Shown: positions 43,099 through 54,729 of the stretch, in pieces
Layout: each line of letters opens with the position of its first letter
Numbering within the stretch: the first letter of the stretch is position 1
DNA from: Octopus sinensis
Lineage: Eukaryota
Reading direction: 5' to 3'
DNA length: 64,000 bases
Assembly: GCF_006345805.1 (NCBI RefSeq)
Contig: NW_021833450.1
Coordinates: 9,491-73,490 of the forward strand
The notes under the pieces: model-generated
What the model saw: the letters and a program-made list of their open reading frames with translations, nothing else
The model's database searches: none
What the model was told of the DNA's origin: nothing
Made by a program: the position numbers and the translations under genes

Positions 43099-44538
43099 CT
43101 GGAATACTAAGATTCGCCTCCTGTCTATGTAACATCTATCCCAGTTTGACTGAAAAAAATTTCACGTGCGTGAAATTACAGATTGTATTTTAATGGTTAT
43201 CATGAAACCGACCAAAGATGCACTTATATTGGTTTTGAAAGTAACTCCTTATTATGTTAAGAATTGAATTCACCATCATACGGCTGTTTCGTATTGAACT
43301 AAAAATTATAAATTTTCTTTTCAACAAATTTATTTTGAGATGGAACATATTTTCCTATACTGAACTTATAAATTAAATTTTTGCATTCTGATTTTTCATA
43401 ATTTTCATAGATATTAATATAAATCTACTCACGTCCATTTCCAAATGTCAATGAGATGTAGAAGAGAACTGCAACGAAAATTTATTTTGTAAAATATTTT
43501 ATATTCCATGTCCACGTTTAACATTAATTTACAAACATTAAAGACGAAAAGATTAAGAAAGAGAAGTGTTATATGCATAATTCGATAATAAATACGACGA
43601 TGACCACCACCACATCACCATAAAAATATAATGCGAGAGTTGACCACATTCTTTCTGCTGATCCATTCCTTGTCAAACCCAATTATGTTCTTAGAAAGGA
43701 ATCTATGTCCACTGGATCATGTACCATCATTTGGAGACAAGAACGGTTAGGAAGGGATAAAACATCAAAGACGATACATAATAACCACCTGACCACAATC
43801 GGGGAAATGACAGACAAAGATATCAAAAAGAAATCGTACAAGGATAAATTTATCAAAGAATGAAACAATAATATTTGTACTCAGATTGATATCGCAATTA
43901 CTTTTTGCAAAAACATTTCCTGGTGAGAGATGTGGAAACTGTCAATATTCACGATCCATGAATTTAAAATGAACAAGAATCAGGTATGAATTTGAAAACG
44001 ATATGACTGAAGTACAAGATAAAAGCCATATCAACGATATTCTCAGTTCAAAAGATGATCCAGTTAAAGCCGGCCCACATGGTACGCAAGACACTTTCAA
44101 TTTAGCCGTACATCTCAAATAGTTCCCTATATAATCACCGACCAATAAAATATTTACATTTTACACAACACATACTGTAAAGAATCACAGCGAAACAATG
44201 TAACACAACACATTCTCCAGACATTAACTGATCCAATAAAATAAACAAAATATATTCATAAATATATGCGAGAAAATAAAATTTAAAGAAAATTTGAAGA
44301 GAAACTATCTAATGAAATACAACCCAAAATATTTATTCATGCATAAACAATATATATACACACACATATATATACACACACATATATAAATACACACACA
44401 CACACACACATATATATAATTATTTGTATATTCATGTCTCTCTCTATATATATATACATATATACATACATACATACATACATATATACATACATACATG
44501 CATGCATACATACATACATACATACATACATACATACA

Positions 44539-44574
<36 letters not shown>

Positions 44575-44725
44575 TATACAGATATATAATTCAGTGTACA
44601 TTTACACAAACGAAGTGACCCTAGCAGGACACCATACACGCTAAAAGGAGCAGTCAAAGCCCAAACCACGGTTAAGAGTAATTTCGAAGGGAATGAAAAA
44701 TAAAAACATTTTCAATAGTTAGCAC

Positions 44726-44804
<79 letters not shown>

Positions 44805-45028
44805 AAATACAACACACACAATATAATATATATACATGCATGTATATAATAAATGAAAACAGAAGATGGAATATACAAAGATATATTATTAATCACAACA
44901 ATTGTTTCGACATATCTAGCATCGACTCCTGTGTGTGTATATATAAAAATACACAACACACATTAATAGTAATGGTAAGACAGCAAAAGAATGAAAGGGA
45001 ACTCGATATTATGTAAATAGAGGAATTT

Positions 45029-45240
45029 ATTTGTAATATATGTGACAATTATTCGGTTGCTGTGATAAAACTCCGAGTTTCGGATGTCGGGGCGGAAACC
45101 TGCACCGGCATCTCTTCAATCATCGACGCAATTAATTACCTCGATGACTGAAGAGATGATGGTGCAGGTTTCCGCCCCGACATCCGAAACTCGTTTTATC
45201 ATGGCAACCAAATAATTGTCACATATTATATTACAGATAT
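45029..45240. repeat. ~210-bp palindrome made of two inverted hammerhead-like units (PLE pseudo-LTR-like)
   Basis: Arms 45029-45126 and 45141-45240 are reverse complements around a 14-nt spacer. Confidence 0.85.
45143..45200 (+). ncRNA. Type I minimal hammerhead motif
   Basis: GATGA-CTGAAGA-GATG...CATC-C-GAAAC-TC-GTT-TTATC: 5-bp stem I with one GU pair, GUU triplet; the opposite arm has a C3U core and palindromic AACTC-G-GAGTT stem III. Confidence 0.55.
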
Positions 45241-45298
45241 TATATATATATATAAATAAATAAATAATATATATATAGATAAATAAATATAAAAATAG

Positions 45299-45351
<53 letters not shown>

Positions 45352-45372
45352 GTATGTATAATGTATTATATA

Positions 45373-45421
<49 letters not shown>

Positions 45422-45556
45422 TATATATGTATGTATATATATACACACATGCAGATATGGGTACAGGACGTCACCAACAATAAATATGAAATACGAAAAC
45501 AAATGAATTAAATACACAAACAACGAGAGAAAAATGGAAAATTTGACAAATAATAC

Positions 45557-45632
<76 letters not shown>

Positions 45633-45943
45633 TGGTGTGTTCTTGCGTGGCCTTAGTCGTAATAGCTAATTGTTAGATAATTAAAACATGACATATTAGA
45701 TGTATAATAAAAGGTTTACATACAAATAATTTGAAGACAATTCCTCTCCAACATCCTTTCTGTTTTCAGGAGCAAGGATGGCTGTCGAGAATGATATGCT
45801 ACTAGTTTAATCTATTTTCTTTATGAAGGATGATTATGGCATGAATTTCTAACGTATTAACATATTGACTTACAGCCTATTTATGAAGGTATGTCATTAA
45901 ATGATACAAACATATACATATATATAATATATCATTTATTACT

Positions 45944-46003
<60 letters not shown>

Positions 46004-46034
46004 GTATATATGCATGTATATTTGTGCATATACA

Positions 46035-46070
<36 letters not shown>

Positions 46071-46072
46071 TA

Positions 46073-46553
46073 CACTGGCGAAAATAAATTTAAGACCGAT
46101 GATAAAAGTTCTCTTTCTTACACAACTTTTGCTACTAACACCATACAAATTATTTTTATCTTTTACACCTTATGCAGAATTTATTTCTCTTTCGAATGAT
46201 GCAGACAATAACTATTTTATACTACTTGAAGAATTCTAAAGCTAAATTAATATAAACGTTTCAAATTTACCGGCAAAATTAATTTAAGACCATGTAATAT
46301 GTATGCAAATTTTTTGCCAAAATGAGTACTAAGTACTAATATGTATTTCGTTCTTGTTGCTGATTTTTGCTACAATCTTAAGCTTTAAATAAAATTATAA
46401 TGATGCGGTCTTAAACTAATAGTTATTGTCTGCGTCATTCGAAGAGAAATAAATTCTGCATAAGGTGTAAAAGAAATAAATAATTTGTATGGTGTTAGTA
46501 ACAAATATTTTGTAAGAAATAGAACTTTATCATCGGTCTTAAATTATTTTCGC

Positions 46554-46558
<5 letters not shown>
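46073..46558. mobile_element. Tc1-like MITE with ~150-bp TIRs in a TA microsatellite
   Basis: TA|CACTGGCGAAAAATAAATTTAAGACCGATGATAAAA... mirrored by ...TTTATCATCGGTCTTAAATTATTTTCGCCA; no ORF. Confidence 0.85.
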
Positions 46559-46651
<93 letters not shown>

Positions 46652-46669
46652 AGATAGATAGATAGATAG

Positions 46670-46871
46670 ATATATTATATCATTATCCACACAGCCTTTG
46701 CCCGAGGACAATCTGTGGACCGTGACTCTGCTCTTCTCCTCGCACCCGCCTCCCTTTTCTCGTCACTTATCACCCCTTCCTCCTACTCTTCCACCACACT
46801 ATTCTCCCTATTAAGTTGACACATTCGAACACACAGACACAGTCTTTTCAGTTCTTGACCGTTAAGTCTTG

Positions 46872-46902
<31 letters not shown>

Positions 46903-47500
46903 CCACACACACTTCCACGCATTCAAAGACGACACACACACATTAAGGCAATTTTACACACTCATACATTCGAGCACTCATTCATAAATAAATCAAATAT
47001 AAACACCAGTCATACAGAATACATTCACTCTCTTTAATTTTCCTATACCTTCCTTCTCCTACCTTGATTCTGCCCTTGAACTATGTCAACGGACAATTTC
47101 TCCTGCTTTCATCCAATCTGGCGTCATCCCCCTATAAATAGACATTATTTATCATTATTTTTATGGGCTCCTCGTGAGCAGTCGTCGAAAAGCTTGTTGT
47201 GCATTTTGTTGGAGAATTAAGTTCCTGGATTTTCCTGAAGAGAAAGCTGAATAATGGACTCCTTATTCACTCGGAATTAGGGACTTTGCAGACTTCGAAA
47301 CATATGTCGAAAATAAAATAAAGGAATTTTGTTAAATCTTCGTTCAGTTCCATTCTTTCCTATACTTAATATATAAAACTTCAAATTTCCGCACTAAGGC
47401 ACGGATTTTATGCCCTATGGTCGTAACTTCAACCGTGCCTTTTCTGTTGTGAGTTGCTACCAGGTATCGGTTATCTTTCGAATTATCCGTAATAAGATAA
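46670..47500 (+). mobile_element. Penelope-like pseudo-LTR region
   Basis: Pyrimidine/CA-rich stretch, TATAAATAG at ~47133 and a complete hammerhead motif downstream. Family assignment is inference from that layout. Confidence 0.5.
47229..47314 (+). ncRNA. Type I minimal hammerhead ribozyme motif, complete core
   Basis: ATTTTC-CTGAAGA-GAAAGCTG...CAGACTTC-GAAAC-ATAT-GTC-GAAAAT: perfect 6-bp stem I, G10.1-C11.1 pair, palindromic ACATATGT stem III, canonical GUC triplet. Confidence 0.85.
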
Positions 47501-47548
47501 TCATTTGTCTACTAAAAATATATATATATAATATATTTATATATATAT

Positions 47549-47585
<37 letters not shown>

Positions 47586-47729
47586 CTATATATATATATA
47601 TAATATATATAATATACCACAGTATCGACCAGGCGATCGAATGTTGTTATTCATCGTTGGTCACAATGCGCTTCACATTATTTTAGCTTTCGAATGATGC
47701 CACCCTGATCGGGAGGTTGTTCCGCCACA

Positions 47730-47877
47730 GAGTTACTCATTTACAGCTGAATGCACGAGGACTGTGAAATGAAAAGTTATGCTCAAGGACACAACGCATC
47801 GCTAGGCCAGGGAATCGAAGCCATAATCTAACCATCTTGAGTGCAGTCACTCTAACCATTACTCCACGCGCCTTCAC
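47730..47877 (-). mobile_element. tRNA-derived SINE (same superfamily as 1-268)
   Basis: GTGAAGGCGCGTGGAGTAATGGTTAGAG head, GCTTCGATTCCC B box, TGTGTCCTTGAGCA body. Confidence 0.7.
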
Positions 47878-47964
47878 ACACACGCGTTCACGAACACACA
47901 CACATGCACAAGCATATATGTATGTATATTTATATATATATATATATATAGATATATATATATA

Positions 47965-48044
<80 letters not shown>

Positions 48045-48099
48045 TATGTGCGTATGTATGTGTGTATGTTTGTATATATATATTTTTTATATTCCATAC

Positions 48100-48530
48100 A
48101 TATGTAAAAAATATGACAGTTTAATCAAACCAACGATACAGTGTCACCTGAACTTTCTGACCAAGATACTTTCATGGAATGTGACCAAAAAAGTTATTTT
48201 TCAACTTGCACCACACCCCTTGCGCTCAATGCTCCTCTTTCATTGGCGTTGCACTACTTGGATCCCACGGGAGGAAGAAGTTTTCATCCTGTTGATAAAA
48301 AAATACATTGACACCAGATATGGCGTCATCGTCCCTGCGATACCGGCACCGATGAGCAGAAACCTTCGTCATGCCTGTCTCATTGTGCAGAATATTTGCA
48401 ACTCTCCCACGGGATATGCTAACAGCATTGGCTATTTGATTTATAGTCGATCGCCTGTCATGTACCAGCATGTGGTGAACACAACCAATGTTTTCCTCGG
48501 TGGTCACAGTTGCAGGTCGTCCAGACCTGG
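48100..48530 (-). mobile_element. Mariner fragment with an internal deletion
   Basis: DRRSTINQIANAVSISRGRVANILHNETGMTKVSA joined directly to the C-terminal DDAISGVNVFFYQQDENFF. Confidence 0.7.
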
Positions 48531-49334
48531 GATTATCTCCATTCCCCTCCTAAATTCAGATGCCTACTTTTGCAGCGAGGGTAAGGTTGGGACGTCAGCC
48601 CCTTCTCTATTGGGAATATTATCGTCCACGAATATGGGTGGGGTGGGGGAGCATGTGATTACGCGTGTGTAGCGTGTATTTAATACATCAAAATTTCAGC
48701 TTAGTTATTGCAGAGGGAATGCTCACAAATCACAATATTTGACACAATAAAAACGATGATTCAAAGCGATAATGATTCACAGAACTTAGGAGTAATCATG
48801 TGCATTTTTCATCAACCACATCACCAAACTGACATCTAAACGCATCACACACACACACACACACACACCACACACACACACACATATATTTCGTTTTTGG
48901 ATTTCGTTTGCAAGATTCTTCATGTGGGTTCGTGTGTTGTTGAGAGTCAACAACTATCGAAAAGGTTGCAAGACGCAACGAAAATTTTAGAAAAATAAAT
49001 AAATGAGTGGAAATTTTACCGGTGTGGGTGTTAAATTATAAGGCACTAAAAGAGAATGACTCTCCCCAGACACAACAGTATATACATATATAATGTCTTT
49101 CTGTGCAATATCTTATGGTTGTTGGTTACTGTAATTCTACGACTGTCCTTCTGTTCCCACTCACAGTGACAATCCACACACACCGGTCAACATCTGGTGT
49201 GACATTGTCTTTCATTTCTATGAATTTCTCTATCCTTCTCCTATCCCATTATCTCACCCCTCTTGTTTGCAAAACCTTCTCTGTCTATTTCTGTTTGCCT
49301 CTCCCCTTCTCTCTCTACGTATCCGCTGCCTTTT

Positions 49335-49790
49335 TTCCTTTAATGTGGTATGAAAGAAAGAAAAGTGGTGAATCTAGTTGAGTTAACTGTTTCTCATAAC
49401 GATAACATGGATGCCACTCGGGATCGAAAGATTGATCGTTATGTAAACCTGATCGAGGAATGTGAAGACGCAGGCTGGAAAGCGGAGCATTTTCCAATCG
49501 AAGTCGGATGTAAAGGATTTGTTGTACACAGTGTGAGACGACTGTTGTTATCGTTAGGTCTAACTCATCGTAAGATCAATACCACCATGACCGATATCCA
49601 AACTACAGTGGAAAGGCTAGCCACTGGATTTGGTTAAAAGTGACGATGAATGATGGCTAGAAGAATATTGAACTATATCTGATAACCAGTTAATATAGCA
49701 AACGGGGACTCATATCAGTGAGGAGGGCCTATACGCAATGATGCCGTCGAAAGGTAGGCCTTAAAATGGCGCGTATTCTCTTCTAATAAC
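49335..49790 (+). mobile_element. HERO/R2-like RLE LINE 3' fragment
   Basis: KVVNLVELTVSHNDNMDATRDRKIDRYVNLIEECEDAGWKAEHFPIEVGCKGF matches the ELTVP...K..Y..L...GW...P.EVGCRGF RLE pattern. Confidence 0.75.
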
Positions 49791-50559
49791 CCTATACACT
49801 TGCTGGCTTCTGGTCTGCGAAGTTTTCGCCAAGTAGTACTTGCAAAACACTTCCAGTTTCTTCCTCTGTCCATCAACTACCTATTGTCTATCCTTATTCC
49901 CATATTTTCTTCCCCCTTTCTTCCTACCTGTTCTTCCCCAGTCTTCTCTGCTCCTCTCTATTGGCCCTTCTTCCTTCACTTTTTCGTGCCACGTACCATC
50001 CAATGTTTTTGTCGCCCGTTCTTTTTCTACTTGACCAGTGCATCGGTAAGACGTGTTTTCTTTTCACTCGCCTAGAATTCACTTCCGACCCTCGGGTTGT
50101 CTTATCTTTTCATTTATTCATTCTATCTTTTCTTTCGTTCTATCTTTCTTCTCTTCTATGCCATTATTCTATCCTTCTCCCGAGTCCTTTCGGATATTAT
50201 TCGAGGTTTTTTCTCTCTATTTACCTTCACTTTTGAAATATTAAAATTAAGTAAAAACCTTAAATTTGGTGAATTGATATAATTTTCACGCTAAGTCTCA
50301 GGCCCCTATTCACTTGTTCCAGAAAATCATTTAAAAAAGTTTCAGAGGGTTAAAGTTTGGGTTTTTTGCACTTAATCAGAAAACGAAATCTGGAGCTGCC
50401 ATTTTGTGCGTGACATTACGACGTCCAAACATTCACGACAGCATTACGACGGCAAAACATGTTTTAAACATCTGTATGTATGTTTATAACAAATATTTGT
50501 CGATTTTCATTTTTTTTATGTCCTGTGTGTGACTGACTTTGAACTGGATGACTACCCTC

Positions 50560-50700
50560 TTTATTTTAATGATTTGGTCCTATCTGATAATCATGCTTCC
50601 CAACAGGAAAAACCACTTGGCTGAGAAGCAGTATCGCAGTGATGTCATATCTGCTGTTGATGACTTTTTCGATCAACAGGATGGCTTCTTCTGTTCTATA
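50560..50700 (+). mobile_element. Mariner C-terminal fragment
   Basis: KNHLAEKQYRSDVISAVDDFFDQQD. Confidence 0.55.
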
Positions 50701-50721
50701 TTTAAGAGATGAGGTATTATG

Positions 50722-50978
50722 TACATTATTTACATTATTTACATTTGACGATATTTGTCCTCATCTTGTTTGTGGATACACAACGTTTCAGCTGATATAC
50801 CTTCCACTTTCATTTCATAGGTGTTGTGGGAAATTTCGAACCTGGGTTCTCATTTCTAAGACATTTTTTCGATCTTCTTCTTCTTCTCTCTTCTTCTTTC
50901 TCTTCTTTCTTCTTCTTCTTCTCTTCTTCTTCTTCTTCTTTTCTTCCTTCTTCTTCTTTTATTATTATTATTATATTA

Positions 50979-51019
<41 letters not shown>

Positions 51020-51054
51020 TATTATCATTATTATCATTATTATCATTATTATTA

Positions 51055-51107
<53 letters not shown>

Positions 51108-51177
51108 TCACTGCCTGGAATCGAACTCGGAATCTTGGGGTTAGTAGCCCGCGCTTTTAATCACTACGCCATATGCC
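50722..51177 (-). mobile_element. tRNA-headed SINE with internal microsatellite expansion and a hammerhead-derived 3' module
   Basis: Head GGCATATGGCGTAGTGATTAAAAGCGCGGGCTACTAACCCCAAGATTCCGAGTTCGATTCCAGG (A and B boxes), (TAA)n/(GAA)n block, then ACAC-CT[G]ATGA...GAAAC-GTT-GTGT (50778-50824) and a (TGTAAATAA)n tail. Confidence 0.65.
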
Positions 51178-52409
51178 TACGTGCAGATTGAAAAAATCTA
51201 CCCTTTTCGTAAAAACATTTTAGACCTTGGTTTGCACTAGACCAGTAAGCCAATGGGCAACAACAGAAATATCTTAAAGCTCAGCTCCCCAAATCATTAC
51301 AGTGTTTGAATAGAGATTTTGATTAAACCGATACAAAAATTGAAAGTCTTGGCATTGACATTTGACGTAATGCACAGAGAAATAAGGCCGGCATTCAACA
51401 GCTTTGAACAATCTAGACCAAGTTCTTAGCTTCTTATTAGAAGTAGAATAATGATCCGAAACAAAAGATTAATAGATTGCTCTTCAACATTCATTACATA
51501 CAACATAAAATATCCGATATCCAACGACCATATATTCAAAAATGATAGTTTAGTTTAGGAATTTTGATTGTTTAGGCATTATGTATAAAGGCAGTTGTCA
51601 ATGTTCCTCCTCAGAGAGAGCATGCTACATGCCCTTGTGGACTATGATCCTACAAAACGGCAGTAGATCTATTATCACGCCAGAGATAAATAGAAAATAA
51701 GATTAGATTAAGAACTATCAAAATCTAAACCTATGACAACAGCAAAACGCAAAGACGACGATTATAGTGAACAAGGCACAGATACGCCTTTCTCTCTTTC
51801 TTTCTCTCCCCATCTCTCTCTCTCTCTCTCTCTGACTGAATGCTGTGGTTCAAAGGTTGTTTATTGAAAGGCTTGTAACTAACAACACTGTTGTTCATAA
51901 AATCGCTATAAAATGAATAATAAATAGCCTTCCAATTGATTAATGTTGTCAATTAATCAATGATTATTTGTTAATCGCAATTAAATGGAAAAAACAAAAC
52001 AGAGTCAATCCTTGGTTTATATCATACCATTGTAATGAATATATTGAACAAAGGACGTTTTAACATTATTAATATCACCTAAGTGCATCTCGGAGTTGTA
52101 AATAAGGTAACACCAGAACAGGATACTGTAAAACAGGTCAACACTCTTTAATATACTGTAGTAAAAAGTTGGGGTCAGTAATCGGTTCCATTCTCCTCCT
52201 CCGTTGCTGACTGTGCCACAATTGACCATATACCTTAGTGACAATGGCAGCGAATTGACGAAACGATGAGTTAATGCCCGTTATCACATTCCTCTACGTC
52301 TGCTTTTCAAATTTGGTTGAACTCGATTTTATCATTTATCCCAGCAGAGTCGATAATATAAGAATCAGTCATACAATTCAAACGATTGTTGCCAGTTCAC
52401 CCATGCTTG

Positions 52410-53080
52410 CATGTATGTATGTATGTAGTATGTATGTATGTAGTATGTATGTATGTATGTATGATGTATGTATGTATGTATGTAATGTATGTATGTATGT
52501 ATGTATGCATGCATGTATGTATGTATGTATGTGTGTATGTATGTATGCATGTATGTATGCATGCATGTATGTATGTATGTATGTATGTATGCATGTATGT
52601 ATGCATGCATGTATGTATGTATGTATGTATGTATGCATGTACGCATGCATGCATGTATGTATGTATGTATGTATGTATGCATGTATACATGCATTCATGC
52701 ATGTATGTATGTATTATGTAGTATGTATGTATGTATGTATGTATGTATGTATGTATGTATGTATGTATGTATGTTGTATGTATGCATGCATGTATGCTGC
52801 ACGATCAATATTTCCAACACGCTAACTCGAACTGTGCCTAGACTTCGAAGACCAAGCTATGAACTGCTGACTATGTCAGACTGATACTATTTATATGCAT
52901 GATCTCGTCTATTCTCATCAGAGGTGTCGTACTCACGCCACAACAGTATGTATGTATGTATGTATGTATGTATGTATGTATGTATGTATGTATGTATGTT
53001 ATGTATGTATGTATGCTTGTATGTGCGTATGCATGTATGCATGCATATATGCATGTATGCATGCATGTATGTATGCATTA
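52410..53080. repeat. (TATG)n arrays
   Basis: Direct read (52410-52800 and 52947-53080); source of the YV/CM and HT/YI ORFs. Confidence 0.95.
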
Positions 53081-53089
53081 TATGTCAGG

Positions 53090-53670
53090 TCAGGCCACCT
53101 GTGAAGTTTCTCATGAGCGCTACTGGTAACATGAAATCCTGTACAACCTGTTGCAAGGTCAGGTCGTCAACGACTAAACTGACACGTTCATAGGTTAACC
53201 TGGCGAGTAAGATTACTACAAAACCCAACAGGACTAAAAGCAAGACCTTTCAAAAGACCAGATGAACCGGGTGTAAATTCAATGACCATCTAGCCATAGC
53301 TTGTGCATTCAGCTATTCCGAGTTTGTGCCCGACGTACTGGAAAGCCAGTGGGTGTGAGGCACCCTTAGCTTTTGTTAAAGCATGCTTCGAGGAGAAGAT
53401 CACTTTGATATAAAACTGGATATGTAGGGAAAAGGACTTTGAGGAATCTTTTGTTTGCACTTGAGATCATGGCGCTTCCACATTTCTGAGCCTGCAACCC
53501 ATATTGGCACTGGGTATCTTGGCCTGTCTGTGGATCATGCGAATAGGGTGGAAAGGGTCCAAGAGGTGTTGTGCAAGCTTTCTGGACCTGAAAGTTTGTA
53601 CATATATTGCTGACATTTTGCATGGGTCATTGTCAGTGATGGTCTGGTCTTCCTCGGTCACAAGTGGACA
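53090..53670 (-). mobile_element. Decayed RTE-like LINE fragment
   Basis: Minus-strand PIWVAGSEMW resembles the RTE PVLLYGSETW motif; otherwise heavily degraded. Confidence 0.35.
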
Positions 53671-53683
53671 GCTATCATAATAT

Positions 53684-53822
53684 TATGTATGTATGTATGT
53701 ATGTATGTATGTATGTATGTATGTATGTATGTATGTATGTATGTATGTATGTATGTATGCATGTACGTATGTATGTATGTATGTATGTATGTATGTATGT
53801 ATGTATGTATGTATGTATGTAC
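53684..53822. repeat. (TATG)n microsatellite
   Basis: Direct read. Confidence 0.95.
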
Positions 53823-53829
53823 AAATAGG

Positions 53830-54725
53830 TGTTGGTAAAAATACTAGAAACATCTTGTTAAATGAGAATTAGTATTTAATAAGAAGTTGGTCCAGATGTG
53901 GCACCAATCACAGCTTGAACCCGTCGAGGAATTGTCTCCTACAAGTGCTGAACAATTGTTAGAGGAAGTTTGCGCCAGTCTTCAAGTAAAATCTGATTTA
54001 CTTCTTTCAGTGACGATTGGAGGAATGCGGCTTCTCCCTTGCCGTCCCAAGATGCTGAACCATAAATCAATCTTCGGTTATATTGAGATCCTGTGATTGG
54101 CCAGGGAAGACTAATCTAAATGGTCTACTTCACTTTTGAACTCTTTTCGTACCCCTTTTGAATTACATTAACCGTGTGAATCTTTGAAGAAACGTTGTAG
54201 GAGTTTTCCCTACCATCAGGTAACAATGTTTATACCATAAAATGGATATACTTAGATAATCTTTTTCTTTAACTCTGCAATGTAGAACAATCAGAGGGTT
54301 AAGGATTTCCGGTTATAACTGTCTAAATCTTCACAAATGTACTTCTCTAAATGCTTCCCGTTAGGGGCCAGACATTCCGGGTTGAAACATTCCTTGCTTC
54401 GTCTCCAGACATAAACTCACTCTAAAGAGAGGAAAATGGTAAATGGTGATTCGTCAGAGATGTCTATGTTCCACTGAACCATTGCCAACTTTTAATAGAC
54501 TTGACATCGTTTTCTCTCCCATATCAATGTTGTAGGGGCACAGATGTTTAACATACGCAGTCCTTCTATGGTATGCAGCTTTATGGAACTCACGGCGAAC
54601 GGTTGCCGTTGACACGGGGGAAGCACTCAATTGCAAACTGATCACCCTCAAGCAAGAGCTAAAGGCAGTCAGTGAGAAAACTCCGACATCAGAAGAGAAC
54701 CGAAAGAAAAACAATAAATGAAAAA
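53830..54725 (-). mobile_element. Tc1 transposon remnant split by a ~320-bp insert (54135-54460)
   Basis: 5' part VSTATVRREFHKAAYHRRTA (Tc1 HTH); 3' part EVNQILLEDWRKLPLTIVQHL*ETIPRRVQAVIGATSGPTSY*. Confidence 0.7.
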
Positions 54726-54729
54726 TTTA

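Noticed and set aside
43680-44150. Further PAN gene exons upstream of 43098
   Set aside because: Short open frames on both strands but no PAN Cys pattern, signal peptide or consistent splice pair.
45770-45888. Plus-strand exon-like segment (ttttcag|...|gtatgt)
   Set aside because: Stops in all useful frames and no partner exons found; could be a UTR exon but cannot be supported.
51106-51177. Stand-alone tRNA gene
   Set aside because: A and B boxes are present but the acceptor and anticodon stems do not form a clean cloverleaf, and it is embedded in a SINE-like context.
51560-52250. Cys-containing short ORFs as extra exons
   Set aside because: No recognisable domain and no canonical donor/acceptor pair in phase.
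52800-52930. Hammerhead starting at minus-strand CTGATGA (52915-52921)
   Set aside because: No properly paired stem I or II and no convincing GAAA-stem III partner.
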